Assembly: GCA_905178155.1 (NCBI GenBank) | Contig: CAJINV010000002.1 | Span: forward strand, 2,105,216-2,169,215 | DNA: 64,000 nt | Direction: 5' to 3' | Source: Amoebophrya sp. A120 | Taxonomy: Eukaryota > Protista > Dinoflagellata | Made by a program: the position numbers and the translations under genes | Notes under the pieces: generated by a model | Database searches by the model: none | Seen by the model: the letters and a program-made list of their open reading frames with translations, nothing else | Told to the model about the DNA's origin: nothing | Shown: positions 61,883-64,000 of the stretch, in pieces | How positions within the stretch are numbered: the stretch's first letter is position 1 | How the letters are laid out: each line of letters begins with the position of its first letter

Positions 61883-63606
61883 GATTCTGCGATGCTACGA
61901 CTCCAGCACCTCCTGCTGTTCCTTCTGTCTTGCAGTGGACTTCGAGTTCTTCAAGTTCGAGTTCTGCTTGATGCGGTTGTCCCGTTTTCAAAATGACTTA
62001 TTGGGTGCACCTCTATTGGTTTTCGATGGTGGAGGGGGTACTTCGCTTAGTGGTCTTGAGAAATTCAAATTGTTGTATGATTGATGAGAGAATGCAGCAA
62101 ATGCGGGTTTCGCAAATGCAATCGCAGTAGTTGTACACAATTAACACGACACGCAATCGTTGAAAATGTGACAGTGCCAAACCTGCGGGAAATAAAAATC
62201 AGCATGTGCATTTCGAAAATAAAGATAAAGAACTTGTTTAACGTCACATAATGATGCTGTGGTTTGTTGTTCACCAGCTGCACGATTTTCTTCATTTTGC
62301 AATCTCACACCTGAGGCAGGAACGACAACGAAATACCCTCGCCGGGCGGCTGACGACCGAAATCTACTACATCAATGCAAGACTACCAAGATGTCCTGTA
62401 CGATGAAGCACGAAAAGTAAACCGAAGGGTGAGAAGTGTCGTGTACGACATGAAATCACGAAGAGGCAAAAAACCGATGTGTGGAAAGAAACAAGTGTGT
62501 AACTATTTGTCGCACCGACGAAACAAGTCTTCTTGACGACAGACTCACCGAGCAGCAGTAGGTGGACGAGTTCTAAATCTCAACGCACGATGGATACATG
62601 ATAAAGTTCAACCTTTTTTTGTCGGACAACTTCTGCCGCGCACGAACCGAATCAAGCGGAGGAAGGGTAACAGAAGAATTGTATTGCCACCGAGATAGAG
62701 ATGCACGATAAAAATGCAAGCCTCACTGAAACTTGTGCCCAACCGAATCGCGCGGAGTACAAAAGGCGTTTGTAAAAATAACACACTAGTGCTTGTTGTA
62801 CGAGGAACCGACAACATGGTGAAAAAAGCCACACACAGGTCGAGCCATTCTGCTGTAATGCAGTGTAGGCAAATGCATAAAATAAAAATTGATATTTGTT
62901 GTCAAAATTACCCTGTTCATTCTTCTGCTTGGAAAAATCGAAGAAATCAGAAGAGTTGTAGATGTGATAGCTTTAGTGGAAACGCAAGTAGTTGTAAGAA
63001 GAAATCGTAGTAAAGATCTCCGAAAAAGAAACCAAATGACTCTGCACGTCCCGAAGAAAATTTTCTTACCCAAATAAGCTAGGCCGAAAGATAAAGACTG
63101 CAACCGGACTAAAACCATACGAATAGGGGAAATACAGCAGAAGTTTAGAGAAATTCAAATTCTGTAGCCGAATCATACCCCATCTCATTTTTCCATTTAA
63201 CACAGCAAAAAACGAAATAAAGAACAGCACTGGAGCGATTTTGCTCCCTGTTGTATCAGCATTGATATCAAGCAAGAGAAGTGCAACACAAGGGAGATGG
63301 AGAATATCATACGTAAATCAATTGTAGGCGATATTTTTTTGGATATTAAAACTACAAGAAATAAAGGGCGAAAAGTCGAGCCAAGATAAAGATTTCATCT
63401 CACTGTGCATATTACGAAAACCTGTTCCGTAGAATATCGTCAATTTGGAAAAGAGCTGAGGAGCCATACTTGACAAAAAGAACGAGCCGCGATAAAGCTA
63501 GTAGAAAAAGAAATTGAAATTGTTTGGAAAAAAACCTGAAGTAACTGTAACCGTCTGAGAAGTATATAGAGTTTAGGTCTACTCATCAAGTTCAAGATCA
63601 ATCTGA

Positions 63607-63885
63607 TATCCTGAGTAAAAACGTACCCACACCAGAGTTGTCATGCGACTTTGCCATGACAGGAACATTTGTGATGCGCAACCCCATGACAGGCATTTTC
63701 AATCGTGTTTGGGAACTTGTAATGCTGTAAACAGGATTAGCAGATCGATTTGTGATGCGGCTTTCCTTGCTACCTTGCACTACCTTACGGACTGAAACTT
63801 GTCATGCGTGACTCACAAAACTCCTAGGTTTGTGTTGCAAAATCCCCATCCTGACTCTGGTGTGGGTACGTTTTTACTCAGGATA
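63607..63885. mobile_element. Young introner, family C, with perfect 32-bp TIRs; host exon not identified
   Basis: TATCCTGAGTAAAAACGTACCCACACCAGAGT / ACTCTGGTGTGGGTACGTTTTTACTCAGGATA; perfect TSD TCTGA. Confidence 0.95.
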
Positions 63886-64000
63886 TCTGAATCTCATGCA
63901 TTAGACCGTTGAAAAATTCGAATGAAACTGAAAGAAACGAAAATCATGTGACGAGTAAGCAGGTTGTGATATTTTTAGATTCCAAAATGCGGGGCTGTTC

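Noticed and set aside
1-64000. Autonomous transposase for the introners, rRNA/tRNA genes, dinoflagellate spliced-leader sequence
   Set aside because: None recognisable by eye in this window.

Overview
Eukaryotic genomic DNA, most consistent with a syndinian dinoflagellate such as Amoebophrya (inferred from gene architecture, not from a search). All six large genes lie on the minus strand and are interrupted by non-canonical 'introner' elements. I delimited 36 of these by hand. Nearly all run TAT...ATA, most have clear terminal inverted repeats from at least 8 families, and they are flanked by a 5-bp target duplication (22 perfect, 7 at 4/5, 7 decayed). Unrelated families share an internal motif, TTGT[C/G/A]ATGC. 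Removing each element plus one 5-bp copy restores the reading frame at every intragenic junction I tested except one, and this holds for either element orientation. The reconstructed genes are: a single-pass membrane protein; a 2451-aa protein with an IQ motif and a repeated domain I do not recognise; an intronless MFS sugar porter; and three tandem paralogues with a P-loop (GNTGTGKS) kinase-like domain. Also present are a direct-repeat-bounded element nested in an introner at its internal motif, a 1-kb TIR element flanked by a 72-bp synonymously recoded exon duplication, and a probable decayed tyrosine-recombinase retrotransposon with tandem repeats. All alignments and translations were done by eye.
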